52,755 nt of DNA from the NCBI GenBank assembly GCA_030753015.1, contig JASMDC010000024.1:1-52755 (forward strand). The letters run 5' to 3'. Position 1 is the first letter of the stretch. Every line of letters begins with the position of its first letter. Position numbers and translations under genes: made by a program. The notes under the pieces were generated by a model. The model ran no database searches. It was not told the origin of the DNA and was given only the letters and a program-made list of their open reading frames with translations. Of this stretch, positions 9,585 to 18,693 are shown piece by piece. Source of the DNA: Candidatus Undinarchaeales archaeon (GTDB lineage Archaea > SpSt-1190 > JASMDC01).

Positions 9585-10031
9585 ATGGAAACAGCGAAGG
9601 GAACAGTGGTCTCGGTCAACACGAGCTCAGAGAAGGGCGTCCCCAAGGTACCGCAGGACAAGATATCCCTTCTTGAGGAGCACGGTGTGGAGGGCGATGC
9701 CCACGCATCGTCGACATGGCACCGCCAGGTGAGCCTGTTGTCCATGGCATCCATCGAGCGGATGCGGGAACAGGGAGTCAAGGTCGCTCCCGGGGACCTT
9801 GCAGAGAACATCACCATCGAGGGCATCGACGTGCACAACCTCCCCATAGGCACAAGGCTCCGGGTCGGTCGGGACGTTCTGCTCGAAATCTCCCAGATCG
9901 GAAAGGAGTGCCACACCGGATGCGCCATTCAGAAGCGGACGGGGAAGTGCATCATGCCCACCGAAGGCGTGTTCGCCCGTGTGATCGCTGGCGGTACTGC
10001 CAGGGCCGGGGACACGGTTACGCTCGCCTAG
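9585..10031 (+). CDS. MOSC domain (Moco sulfur-carrier) protein
   Basis: GVEGDAHA, RQVSLL, ENIT, QIGKECH, CIMPTEGVFARV. Confidence 0.92.
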   Translation: METAKGTVVSVNTSSEKGVPKVPQDKISLLEEHGVEGDAHASSTWHRQVSLLSMASIERMREQGVKVAPGDLAENITIEGIDVHNLPIGTRLRVGRDVLLEISQIGKECHTGCAIQKRTGKCIMPTEGVFARVIAGGTARAGDTVTLA

Positions 10032-10037
10032 GCAAGC

Positions 10038-11411
10038 TCACTCCGGATCGGAGCAGCAGCGGAAGCCAGCATACGGCTCGGCCTCCGTCGGCTGGCGATG
10101 GAGATGTAGGGTGAAGCATCCCGCCCACGGTGACATACTCTCCGATTGTGTATGGATGCCGCCTCGGAGGAAGGGTGTGCCGATAATCGTGAGGGCATGA
10201 TGTCGGTGGAAGCCATCCTGGCCGTACTTATCCTCGTCCTCACCGAGGATGGAAGCGATGGAGTTACCCACGTTCTCGCCCCACTCATCACTGGGTACTT
10301 GTGCGTCCGTCCATTCCAACACGTTGCCGATCATGTCGTACACACCCTCGGCCGACCGGCATTTGGGATTCGTACCACCAGGGCAGTTCCGTTCAGGGCA
10401 CCATAACATCCGCTCCCCACCGATGTGACATTCCGGGAATGGGCACTTATCATTAGTGTTGCAGCCGAAGGTCTCGTTGTCCTCCTCCTCAGTGAGATAG
10501 TACCTATCCCCACCCAGGTTGCATGCTGACATCCACTCGAAGTCCTTGCACAACCGCTTGCCTGCAGTCTCGCACGCCTCCTTTGCCTCGTAGAAGGTTA
10601 TGTTGATCCAAGGCCGAACCCCCTCTTTGGACTCGGCAGCGCCATCCTCACCCTTCGATGTCTCGTACTTGTCGATGCAGTATCCGCCGCATTGCCGGAT
10701 GAAGGCCATGCCCTCAGAACACGTACCTTCCTCCACTAGTGGTTCGGCGCATACGGGGTCCAGGGCGGTCGCGAAATCGGGGTACGTTTCCATCTGCTCC
10801 CGGGAGAGCGGCGGATTTGGCGACGTGCGCTCGGATTGCGAGGTGTCGGTGGGCGAGGATTGTGCCGTTGGAGTAGGCGGCTCATCCGTCGGGACTGGCG
10901 GCTCATCTGTCGGGACTGGCGGCTCATCTGTCGGGACTGGCGGCTCATCCGTCGGGATTGGTGGGATCGACTTGGTCTGACGCTCGTCTACGTACACCGC
11001 GCCGTCCTTGATGACTATGGGGATGATCCTGAGCGGAGACTCATCGGAATCCTGGAGCACCGCGCCGGTCTTGGGATCGAACGTGGCCTCGTTCCCCTGG
11101 CAGTTTAGTGTGTCGCCCTCCAGCAGTACGAATCCTCCCTTACCGCAGGTGTTGATATAGGCTTTCAGCTTGCCGTCAGTGTTGACGAGGATGGCCGCGA
11201 TCGATTCCCTGAACACGAAGTGGTACTCCGAGCCCGGCGGCAGGTCGGCCATTTTGAGAATGAGCCCGTCCGATCCGATTGGATTCGCTTGAGGCCCTTG
11301 TGGCAGGCGTACTTCTGTGCAGCCCGCGAGAATGACGAGAATCCCGATGAGAATCAGAGCCCTCACCCTAATCCCAATGGAGGAATCTTTCAACTCTTTG
11401 CCCGTTTTCAT
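10038..11411 (-). CDS. Putative lipoprotein: degenerate Rieske-like domain, Pro/Thr linker and FGE/SUMF1-like domain
   Basis: Lipobox LAGC; AYINTC..C...ATFDPKTG; YCIDKYET, CETAGKRLCKDFEW, GVYDMIGNVLEWT, GFRCC. Confidence 0.8.
   Translation of the reverse strand: MKTGKELKDSSIGIRVRALILIGILVILAGCTEVRLPQGPQANPIGSDGLILKMADLPPGSEYHFVFRESIAAILVNTDGKLKAYINTCGKGGFVLLEGDTLNCQGNEATFDPKTGAVLQDSDESPLRIIPIVIKDGAVYVDERQTKSIPPIPTDEPPVPTDEPPVPTDEPPVPTDEPPTPTAQSSPTDTSQSERTSPNPPLSREQMETYPDFATALDPVCAEPLVEEGTCSEGMAFIRQCGGYCIDKYETSKGEDGAAESKEGVRPWINITFYEAKEACETAGKRLCKDFEWMSACNLGGDRYYLTEEEDNETFGCNTNDKCPFPECHIGGERMLWCPERNCPGGTNPKCRSAEGVYDMIGNVLEWTDAQVPSDEWGENVGNSIASILGEDEDKYGQDGFHRHHALTIIGTPFLRGGIHTQSESMSPWAGCFTLHLHRQPTEAEPYAGFRCCSDPE
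10876..10959. repeat. Four tandem 21-bp coding repeats (PTDEPPV linker)
   Basis: ggcggctcatcYgtcgggact at 10876, 10897, 10918 and 10939 (last copy ends att). Confidence 0.95.
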
Positions 11412-11666
11412 ATTTGTTCCACACCAGGGGGGTTTTCGGACGGATGCTCTCGCAAGAAGCTATAACTATTGTTATACTTTGACGTTAATATAATTTCCGT
11501 TACTGGATCGGATGCCGGAGGGAGGGCGTCCCGGTGGGACAGTAGCTACTGATAGCATGGAGGAAGTAGGCCTCTGAGATCACCTCCTTGACTTCATCTT
11601 CCTGGCGGTAGGATCAGGTCAAGCCTATCTTCTTCATCGGCCCGGAACGGATGTGACCCGCCGACG

Positions 11667-11936
11667 TTATAAATCCTTCCCCTGGGGTTCCTTACCCTCA
11701 CGCTTTTCCTTGATGGCCTTGTCGAGGAAGAGGCGGGCGGCGACTATGTGGTAACACTCGCTCTGGGTGAGCGTGTTGTATCGGCATGTGCACGACCATC
11801 GGCGCTTCCGTCGGTGGTACACCACCTGATACTCCTTCACGTCTAGATGGACGCGTTCTGGACCGGTCGATTGGAGGCTCACACGCCCGTCCCTGACGAG
11901 AGCGGCTGCCTTGTGCCGTCTGGCAACGGAACCCAC
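11667..11936 (-). CDS. Small SWIM zinc-finger protein
   Basis: WSCTCRY..ECYHIVAA (CxC..CxH). Confidence 0.75.
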   Translation of the reverse strand: MGSVARRHKAAALVRDGRVSLQSTGPERVHLDVKEYQVVYHRRKRRWSCTCRYNTLTQSECYHIVAARLFLDKAIKEKREGKEPQGKDL

Positions 11937-12016
11937 GGTCTGGGAAGGCCACGGATAACCTTTATAATTATGGTCAGTTTTGCGCCCACCGCCCCTCGCT
12001 CCATAGGGGGGGGTAC

Positions 12017-15000
12017 GTGATGCTCATGACAGCCAAAGCCCAGGTCCGACCGTACAATCCCCATACCGTGGAGGAGGATGTCATCCAGTTCTGGAAGGAG
12101 AACGACACCTTCACCAAGGTCAGGGAGCGGGTGAAGGATGGCAAGCCATTCTACTTCCTCGACGGCCCACCCTTCCCCTCGGGCGAGACACACCCGGGAA
12201 CGGCGGCAAACAAGGTCTCAAAGGACTTCCTCATCCGCTACAAGCGGATGCGCGGCTTCAACGTACGCGACCAGCCCGGCTGGGACATGCACGGCCTTCC
12301 CATCGAGCAGAAGACCGAGCTGCAGCTCGGGCTCAAGGACAAGCGTGACATCATCGACAAGGTGGGCATCGACAAGTTCATCGACGAGTGCAAGAAGTTC
12401 GCCCTGCGCCACATGGGCGCCATGGAGCGCGACTTCATGCGCCTGGGCGTCTGGATGACCTGGGAGAACGCCTACCGAACCATCACCCCTGAGTACATGG
12501 AGTCGGTATGGTACGCCCTGAAGTGCGTGCACGAGCGCGAGCTCCTCTACCGAGGGAAGAAGGCCCTGTCCTGGTGCCCACGGTGCGCCACCATCCTTGC
12601 CAAGAACGAGCTGGAGTACAGAACGGTGGAGGACGACTCCATATTCGTCAAGATGCCGGTGGAGGGCAAGGATAAGGAGTTCCTCATCATCTGGACCACC
12701 ACACCGTGGACCATCCCCTTCAATATGGCCATCATGGCCAATCCCGACCTCGACTACCTCCGGTTCAAGGTGGAGGACGAGGTGTGGATCATGGCCAAGC
12801 GCCTGACGGGTATATTCATGGGCTCCATCGTGGAGAAGAAGTACGAGCCGATCGAGACCATCAAGGGATCCGAGCTCGTGGGCATGAAGTACCGCCATCC
12901 ATTCTACGAGGAGATGCCCTACCACCAGCAGGAGAAGAACGCCTACATGGTGGTCCCGTCCACACAGTTCGTGTCCGCCTCCGCCGGATCCGGCCTTGTG
13001 CACTGCGCTCCCGGGTGTGGTCCCGAGGACTTCCAGATCGGTCTAGATATGGGCATCCCCATCTTCAACGAGGTCGACGAGAACGGCTATCTCGCAGGCG
13101 AGAGCGGCGAGTTCGTCGGGCTCAAGGCCAAGGACGACGACCAGCAGTTCGTTGACAAGCTCAAGGAGAAGGGCTACCTGCTCGCCGGCACGCCGGTGGA
13201 GCACGAGTACGCTCATTGCTGGCGCTGTGACTCGCCCATCATCTACCGGGCAACTGACCAGTGGTTCATCGCTGTATCCAAGATCCGCGAGGAGATCCTC
13301 GAGGAGATCAAGCAGCTGTACACCGTCCCCGCCGAGGCCAAGGAGATCTTCCTGGAGTGGATCGGTAACTTTTCGGACTGGTGCATCACTCTCCAGCGGT
13401 TCTGGAACATCCCGGCGCCCATCTGGGTGTGCGACCAGTGCGACAACTACGAGATCTTCGGCAGGATCAAGGAGCTGGAAGAGCGGTCGGGTGTGAAGCT
13501 CGACGACATCCACCGGCCGAAGGTGGACCCGCTCACCTGGAAATGCTCGTGTGGTGGCACCATGAGCCGCATCCCCGACGTGCTCACTGGATGGCTGGAC
13601 TCGGGAGCGGCGCCGTGGGCCTCGCTCGCGTACCCCCAGCGCCAGGACCTCTTCGACCAGTACTTCCCTGCTGACTTCGTCATGGAGGGACGCGACCAGA
13701 TCCGCGCGTGGTTCTCTGCCATGATGAACTTCTCCATGGCCGCGTTCGGACGCAGGCCGTATAACGCTGTTTACTGGCACGGGTTCTTCAACGACCAGGA
13801 TGGCCGCAAGATGTCCAAGAGCAAGGGCAACTTCATAGCTGTCCAGGAGATCGCCAAGAAGATGGGCGGGGATCCCGTCCGCATGAAGTTCATCGAGTGG
13901 ATCGCTCCTGGCCAGGACGTGCGGTTCAATATGCGCGACATCGAAGAGAACGCCAAGGCGCTCAACGTGCTCTGGAACATGCACAACCTCATCGTCCGCT
14001 CGGCGCGTGCCGCGGGGATCGATCCCACGAAGGCGACGTTCAAGGACGAGGACTTGGACTTCACCGACCGCTGGCTGTTGTCGGTGTACAGCTCGCTCGC
14101 CGATACGGTGACCGAGAAGTTCGATAGCTTCCATCTCTCGGACATCCCAACGCTCTTGCGCCACTTCTGGCGCGAGGACCTCTCACGCTGGTACGTGCAG
14201 AACAAGCGGCCCCAGATAGCCGCTGGCGACGAGACAACCCTGGCGGTGCTCTCGCACGTCTACCTGGGCTTGCTCCGTTTGGTGAGCCCCATGGTGCCCA
14301 TGACCGCAGAGGCGATCTACCAGGATCTGCGCAAGGAGTACGGCCTCAAGGAAGAAACGATCCACCTCCAGGAGTGGATCGAGGCCGATACATCGCGCAT
14401 CGACAAGGACATTGAGCGCGACATGGAGATCCTCCGCGACGTGACAACCAACGTGCTGGCTGCCCGCGAGAAGGTGAACCGCGGCGTCCGCTGGCCCCTG
14501 CGGAACGTGGACGTCATCACCCGGGACAAGCGTGTGATCTCCACCCTGGCCAAGCAAGGCGAGCTCGTCAAGCGCCTCACCAATGCCTGGGAGCTTGTGG
14601 TCAAGCAGCACGAGGAGAGCCTCACTCATGTGGTGAAGCCCGACTTCTCACGCATCGGCCCCAAGCACAAGGGCCTGGCCGGCGCCATCACCAAGGCCAT
14701 CCAGGCCGCGGATTCCGAGAAGGTCGTCGAGTCACTGGACCGTACCGGGACCTTTACCATCACCGCCGACGACCACGAGATCGTCATCGAGCGGGACGAA
14801 GTGTTCATCGAGGAGACCGTCCCGGATACGATCTACTCCATCCCCGGAACCCGGTTCTCAATCTACGTGGACCTGGAGGAGAACGAGGACATGCTCTCGG
14901 CGGGCCTTGCGCGCGAGGTCGTCCGCCACGTGCAGTCGCTGCGGAAGAAGGCCGAGCTCGTGCGGACCGACCGCATCAAGGTCACCATCGCTAAGAATGT

Positions 15001-15148
15001 CTCCGAAAAGCTCGAGCCCCACACGGACGAGATCACGTCAACCGTGGGCGCCGATGAGCTGGTGTTCGGTACGGTCGATGGACGGGAGTTCACGACTACA
15101 TTCACGTCCCGCGAGACGAAGGTCACCGTGGGGTTCGACAAGGCGTAG
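12017..15148 (+). CDS. ileS: Isoleucine--tRNA ligase (archaeal/eukaryal type)
   Basis: FLDGPP..HPGT, GWDMHGLPIE, WTTTPWT, GSGLVHCAPG, EGRDQIRAWF, KMSKSKGN, C-terminal AREVVRHVQSLRK. Confidence 0.97.
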   Translation: MMLMTAKAQVRPYNPHTVEEDVIQFWKENDTFTKVRERVKDGKPFYFLDGPPFPSGETHPGTAANKVSKDFLIRYKRMRGFNVRDQPGWDMHGLPIEQKTELQLGLKDKRDIIDKVGIDKFIDECKKFALRHMGAMERDFMRLGVWMTWENAYRTITPEYMESVWYALKCVHERELLYRGKKALSWCPRCATILAKNELEYRTVEDDSIFVKMPVEGKDKEFLIIWTTTPWTIPFNMAIMANPDLDYLRFKVEDEVWIMAKRLTGIFMGSIVEKKYEPIETIKGSELVGMKYRHPFYEEMPYHQQEKNAYMVVPSTQFVSASAGSGLVHCAPGCGPEDFQIGLDMGIPIFNEVDENGYLAGESGEFVGLKAKDDDQQFVDKLKEKGYLLAGTPVEHEYAHCWRCDSPIIYRATDQWFIAVSKIREEILEEIKQLYTVPAEAKEIFLEWIGNFSDWCITLQRFWNIPAPIWVCDQCDNYEIFGRIKELEERSGVKLDDIHRPKVDPLTWKCSCGGTMSRIPDVLTGWLDSGAAPWASLAYPQRQDLFDQYFPADFVMEGRDQIRAWFSAMMNFSMAAFGRRPYNAVYWHGFFNDQDGRKMSKSKGNFIAVQEIAKKMGGDPVRMKFIEWIAPGQDVRFNMRDIEENAKALNVLWNMHNLIVRSARAAGIDPTKATFKDEDLDFTDRWLLSVYSSLADTVTEKFDSFHLSDIPTLLRHFWREDLSRWYVQNKRPQIAAGDETTLAVLSHVYLGLLRLVSPMVPMTAEAIYQDLRKEYGLKEETIHLQEWIEADTSRIDKDIERDMEILRDVTTNVLAAREKVNRGVRWPLRNVDVITRDKRVISTLAKQGELVKRLTNAWELVVKQHEESLTHVVKPDFSRIGPKHKGLAGAITKAIQAADSEKVVESLDRTGTFTITADDHEIVIERDEVFIEETVPDTIYSIPGTRFSIYVDLEENEDMLSAGLAREVVRHVQSLRKKAELVRTDRIKVTIAKNVSEKLEPHTDEITSTVGADELVFGTVDGREFTTTFTSRETKVTVGFDKA

Positions 15149-15165
15149 GGTTTACCACCGGGCCC

Positions 15166-16617
15166 TCAGAGGTTCCCACCGCAGTGAGGGCACCGTGCCA
15201 TCTTGGTGATGAACATGGACCCGCAGTACGGGCACACGCTCCCCCCCTGAGGTGCTGCAACCTGCGGTTCTGTCGGTTGGGTGGGGTAATAGGCCGATGA
15301 GCTGTTGTAGCTCTGGTCCCAGTAGCCGCTGTAATCCGCGTCCTGGTAAGCTGACTGCGGTGCTGCGTTCCAGGCGGCTGGCGCGGCGGGAGGCTGCTGC
15401 TGGGCGGCGTTCCAGCCCTCCGCGGCCACCGGGGCCTGCTGTTGGACCAGCGCGGGTTGGGTACTGCGCCGCCTGCCGAAGAATGCTGCTAGCGCGCCTA
15501 TCCCCGCCATGACGAGAATACCCACCTCGATGATCTCCTTGTAGCGGATGATCGTGTCAATAAAACCACGGGGCTCGGCGGTCACGGGCTCGCCCTCGGG
15601 GCCAACACAGTAGAAGCGCTCGGTGTCGCAGCTGTCCTCTTCCGTGCAGTGGGCATCACTCGTGCAGCAGACATAGCCCCCCATGCAGCAAACAGTGTTA
15701 CAGTTGCCAGTGGCGCACTCTGTGTCTGAGCTGCAGAGCTTGCCCACGACCTTCTTGACCGAGCCCAGCGCCCTCTCAACCCGTATCCGCGCGTCGAAGG
15801 CGAGTCGGTAGGCCTGTACTACGTTCTCTGCCACAAGCTCCCTTTCGGCTTCGGCGACGACGGCCTCGATGACCCTGTCGGTCTCGTTGCGGATGTGGGC
15901 CACGAAGAAGCCGTTGTGCTGCGCGACGATGCGGGCCAGATGGTCCAGCTCCTTGAAGTCGGCGAACATGGCCGGCTCATAGATGAGGCCCGTGGAGAAT
16001 CCGAAGGCGCCCTCATGCATGGCACGCTTGACCACTTCTCCCATCTGAAGACGGTCGCGGATGTTGGCCTCCCGGTCCGTGGGGCCCATGACGTACTCGC
16101 GTACCGTGCAGTGGCCCACGAGGAAGGCCATGTTCACTGCGAGCCGCCCCTCGGCCTTGGCGAGGTAGTCGGACACCTGCTCCCAGTCCCAGGGATCGTC
16201 GATGACACCGCACAGCCCTGACATCTTGGTGGCCAGGTCCACCCGGGCTACAGGGCGCACGGGGGCCAGGCTCAGCCCGTCCTGCCCCACCACCTGGAGG
16301 GTCACTCCCTGCTTGATCTTGGGAAGATCGCCCCGGTTTACGTGAGATGTCGGATCATCGGAGAATATCATGAGGTCCGAGTGGCTGTGCATGTCGACGA
16401 AGCCGGGGCTCGCGACGAGCTTGCCCTTGCAATGGAACTCGAGGACCGCCTTGGCCTGCTTCAGGTCGCCGATGAACGCCACGCGCTCGTTCAGGATGCC
16501 GATGTCCGAGACAAAGCGCTTCCTGCCCGTGCCGTCGATGACGACGGCGTTCTTGATGATGATGTCGTAATAGGCAGGGGCCGCGGGCTGCATGGGAATG
16601 TCCCCCGAAAGGACCAA
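15166..16617 (-). CDS. Apparent fusion: N-terminal half of an N-acyl-D-amino-acid deacylase joined to a Cys-rich module, TM, low-complexity tail and zinc ribbon
   Basis: IDGTG, PGFVDMHSHSD, GFSTGLIYEP, AHIRNE, then a switch at about 15858 to CSSDTECATGNC..CC..CC, TM and CPYC..CPHC. Confidence 0.7.
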   Translation of the reverse strand: MVLSGDIPMQPAAPAYYDIIIKNAVVIDGTGRKRFVSDIGILNERVAFIGDLKQAKAVLEFHCKGKLVASPGFVDMHSHSDLMIFSDDPTSHVNRGDLPKIKQGVTLQVVGQDGLSLAPVRPVARVDLATKMSGLCGVIDDPWDWEQVSDYLAKAEGRLAVNMAFLVGHCTVREYVMGPTDREANIRDRLQMGEVVKRAMHEGAFGFSTGLIYEPAMFADFKELDHLARIVAQHNGFFVAHIRNETDRVIEAVVAEAERELVAENVVQAYRLAFDARIRVERALGSVKKVVGKLCSSDTECATGNCNTVCCMGGYVCCTSDAHCTEEDSCDTERFYCVGPEGEPVTAEPRGFIDTIIRYKEIIEVGILVMAGIGALAAFFGRRRSTQPALVQQQAPVAAEGWNAAQQQPPAAPAAWNAAPQSAYQDADYSGYWDQSYNSSSAYYPTQPTEPQVAAPQGGSVCPYCGSMFITKMARCPHCGGNL

Positions 16618-16652
16618 GTAATAAAAAGTGCAACACCGTATTGCGTCTCTTA

Positions 16653-16678
16653 ATGTTACTACTACTAAATAGTAACAT
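16653..16678. promoter_or_regulatory. 9-bp inverted repeat next to a TATA box in a divergent promoter
   Basis: atgttacta-N8-tagtaacat, followed by an AT run about 35 nt before ATG 16720. Confidence 0.45.
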
Positions 16679-16719
16679 ATATATACCTGGAACGCTACAT
16701 AATAACGGGTAGCTTCTCT

Positions 16720-17895
16720 ATGAACGAGCTCTACGCACCAATTCGCGAAGACGCAGTCGCTCTGTACGAGGGACGCCAGCGCCTCGGTGAACTGGAAACG
16801 CTATACGAGGCGAAGCAGGTAGAGCTAAAGAACGCAGGTAACTTCCGGGAGAGGAACCTGGGTGGACTTTTCGGTGGCGACAAGGAGAAGGCCCGGACCT
16901 GCAAAGGGCTTAAGGGGGAGTTGAACGACCTCTTCAACGAGAAGTACGATCAGCCATCCGTCATTAACGGCACACGACAACGACTGTACGGTCACTCGCG
17001 CAAACTGGCGTACTCGGAAGGGACCGATGAACGTGTCATCGACAAGGACCGCTCGCTCGGGCACATCAAGGAGCTGGCCTCACGCGACAACGATGGCCGA
17101 TCGAGCTACATGGCCGATAGCTTTCGCGATCTCGGGTACGAGGTCAAAGAGCAGTCCATAGGTGGCTACCACCCGGGCGCTAACGTAATCGCCGAGTACA
17201 AAGGTGATCCCTCGAGCGACCGCTACGTACTCGTGACGGCACATGCGGACAAGGTATCAAACTTCTGTCCCGGGGCCAACGACAACGCTTCTGGATCTTC
17301 ACTCATCCTCGAACTTGCACGGGCCGCCAAGGAGAACGGCCCGAAGGTCAACATGCGATTCGTATCGTTCGGTGCCGAGGAGACCGGCCTCAACGGTTCA
17401 AAGGCGTATGTCAGATCCATGCCTGACCGTGAAAACGCCAAGGCGATTGGGGCTATCAACCTGGACAGTGTTGGAGCTGGGAACCAGCTGAGCGTCCTGA
17501 TATCCCATGCGCAAAGTGGTTTCGACGGCTACAGCGAGTACGTGGGCACAGGTTACACAACAAAGTGGGTGAACGAACTCATCGAGGGGACCGGCAAGCG
17601 ACTGGGGATACCGGTCCAGCGGATGGACTGGTCCCGTGGGAACAGCGATCATGACCCGCTCATCAGAAATGACATTCCTGCCACCACTTTACTCCGGCGC
17701 CAGAACGGACGCATCCCTAACTACCACAGCGAGTCCGACAAACCGGAAGGGATCAATCCTGACCAGCTGGCCGAAGTGGGGGACCTGAGCTACCATTCCC
17801 TTATCGACATGTACCGGTCACGGAACGTGTACAGCAACCTTACTGGGGCCAAGTCCGTCGAGGATATCGACACACTTCTCGAACAGATGAAGTGA
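16720..17895 (+). CDS. M28 family metallopeptidase with an N-terminal helical extension
   Basis: TAHAD, GANDNASG, GAEETGLNGS, NLDSVG, SDH, NYHSESD; no signal peptide. Confidence 0.88.
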   Translation: MNELYAPIREDAVALYEGRQRLGELETLYEAKQVELKNAGNFRERNLGGLFGGDKEKARTCKGLKGELNDLFNEKYDQPSVINGTRQRLYGHSRKLAYSEGTDERVIDKDRSLGHIKELASRDNDGRSSYMADSFRDLGYEVKEQSIGGYHPGANVIAEYKGDPSSDRYVLVTAHADKVSNFCPGANDNASGSSLILELARAAKENGPKVNMRFVSFGAEETGLNGSKAYVRSMPDRENAKAIGAINLDSVGAGNQLSVLISHAQSGFDGYSEYVGTGYTTKWVNELIEGTGKRLGIPVQRMDWSRGNSDHDPLIRNDIPATTLLRRQNGRIPNYHSESDKPEGINPDQLAEVGDLSYHSLIDMYRSRNVYSNLTGAKSVEDIDTLLEQMK

Positions 17896-17919
17896 TGGTC
17901 GACTGCCACAGGATGGTGA

Positions 17920-18444
17920 CTATCCCTTCTCAGGGCTCTTGGTGAGCATGACCTTCCAGCACGTGAGACGCAAATAAATGAGCACGGCGGAGACGAGGGG
18001 GTCCTTCATGATCAGGTCGATGGCGTTGGTGAGGACCTGGACGGGTGGCTGCGCAAGAACGGCAGTTGAGCTCACGGGGATGATGACCACCAGATCGAAG
18101 ATCTCGATCAGGTAATCGTTCTTGCCTGCCAGATGGGCGCCGAACATCCCCATGATCGATAGGCCCAGCAGCACGAAAGGGAGCAGTATCTTGCGCTTCG
18201 CTTTAGTGGGAATGGAGCCGATGAACTTCAGGCCGAAGACCGCCGAGAGAACGGCGAGGAGCTTGAATGTGAAGGCGGCCGTCGACGAGGAGGAGACCGC
18301 CATCCCCGTAAAGACCGCGGAGATGCGCAGGATGATCGACACGAGCTCGCCGTAAATCCCGTTGGAGACCACGAGCCAGACGAACACCACACCGAGCACA
18401 GCGATATTACCGGCCAGCCCCTCGTCATCGCTTTCCTCGGCCAC
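17920..18444 (-). CDS. Hypothetical membrane protein
   Basis: Several hydrophobic segments; TATA (cttataaa, 18475-18468) 23 nt upstream of the GTG. Confidence 0.6.
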   Translation of the reverse strand: MAEESDDEGLAGNIAVLGVVFVWLVVSNGIYGELVSIILRISAVFTGMAVSSSSTAAFTFKLLAVLSAVFGLKFIGSIPTKAKRKILLPFVLLGLSIMGMFGAHLAGKNDYLIEIFDLVVIIPVSSTAVLAQPPVQVLTNAIDLIMKDPLVSAVLIYLRLTCWKVMLTKSPEKG

Positions 18445-18531
18445 CGGACGGTTGACCGCGATTGAGATTTATAAGGGTACCCATGGCGGGCAGGGCCTCG
18501 GTACGGCTGCCGAAAGGTTGAAAAGGATGGT

Positions 18532-18626
18532 GGCCCCACCGGGTCAGCACGGTTGGTTAGGTCATCGGGTGCGCCCGCGAGGGACGCCTCCTACCGCCAG
18601 AATCCTTTCATCATCCCCGGGGGGCC
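18532..18626 (-). ncRNA. Candidate archaeal box C/D sRNA
   Basis: Minus strand: 11-bp terminal stem with one bulge, box C AUGAUGA (18614-18608), degenerate D' AGGA, C'-like CCGAUGA, box D CUGA (18547-18544), and 15-nt and 14-nt spacers. Confidence 0.55.
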
Positions 18627-18693
18627 GTCATGATAGATGGCCTCCGGGGGTGATATGCTTTCGTTACGACCGCCAGTAGTACCCTTTGCAGGC

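Noticed and set aside
10876-10959. Direct repeats as a CRISPR array
   Set aside because: Head-to-tail 21-bp units with no spacers, in frame within a CDS, and no cas genes
11602-11613. 12-mer ctggcggtagga shared with the C/D candidate
   Set aside because: A single 12-mer match among intergenic regions is plausible by chance
12160-12215. HPGT in place of HIGH in IleRS
   Set aside because: HxGT variants are ordinary in archaeal IleRS
18473-18686. SRP RNA or RNase P RNA
   Set aside because: Lacks the SRP helix-8 motif and the RNase P GAGGAAAGUCC and ACAGAA conserved regions
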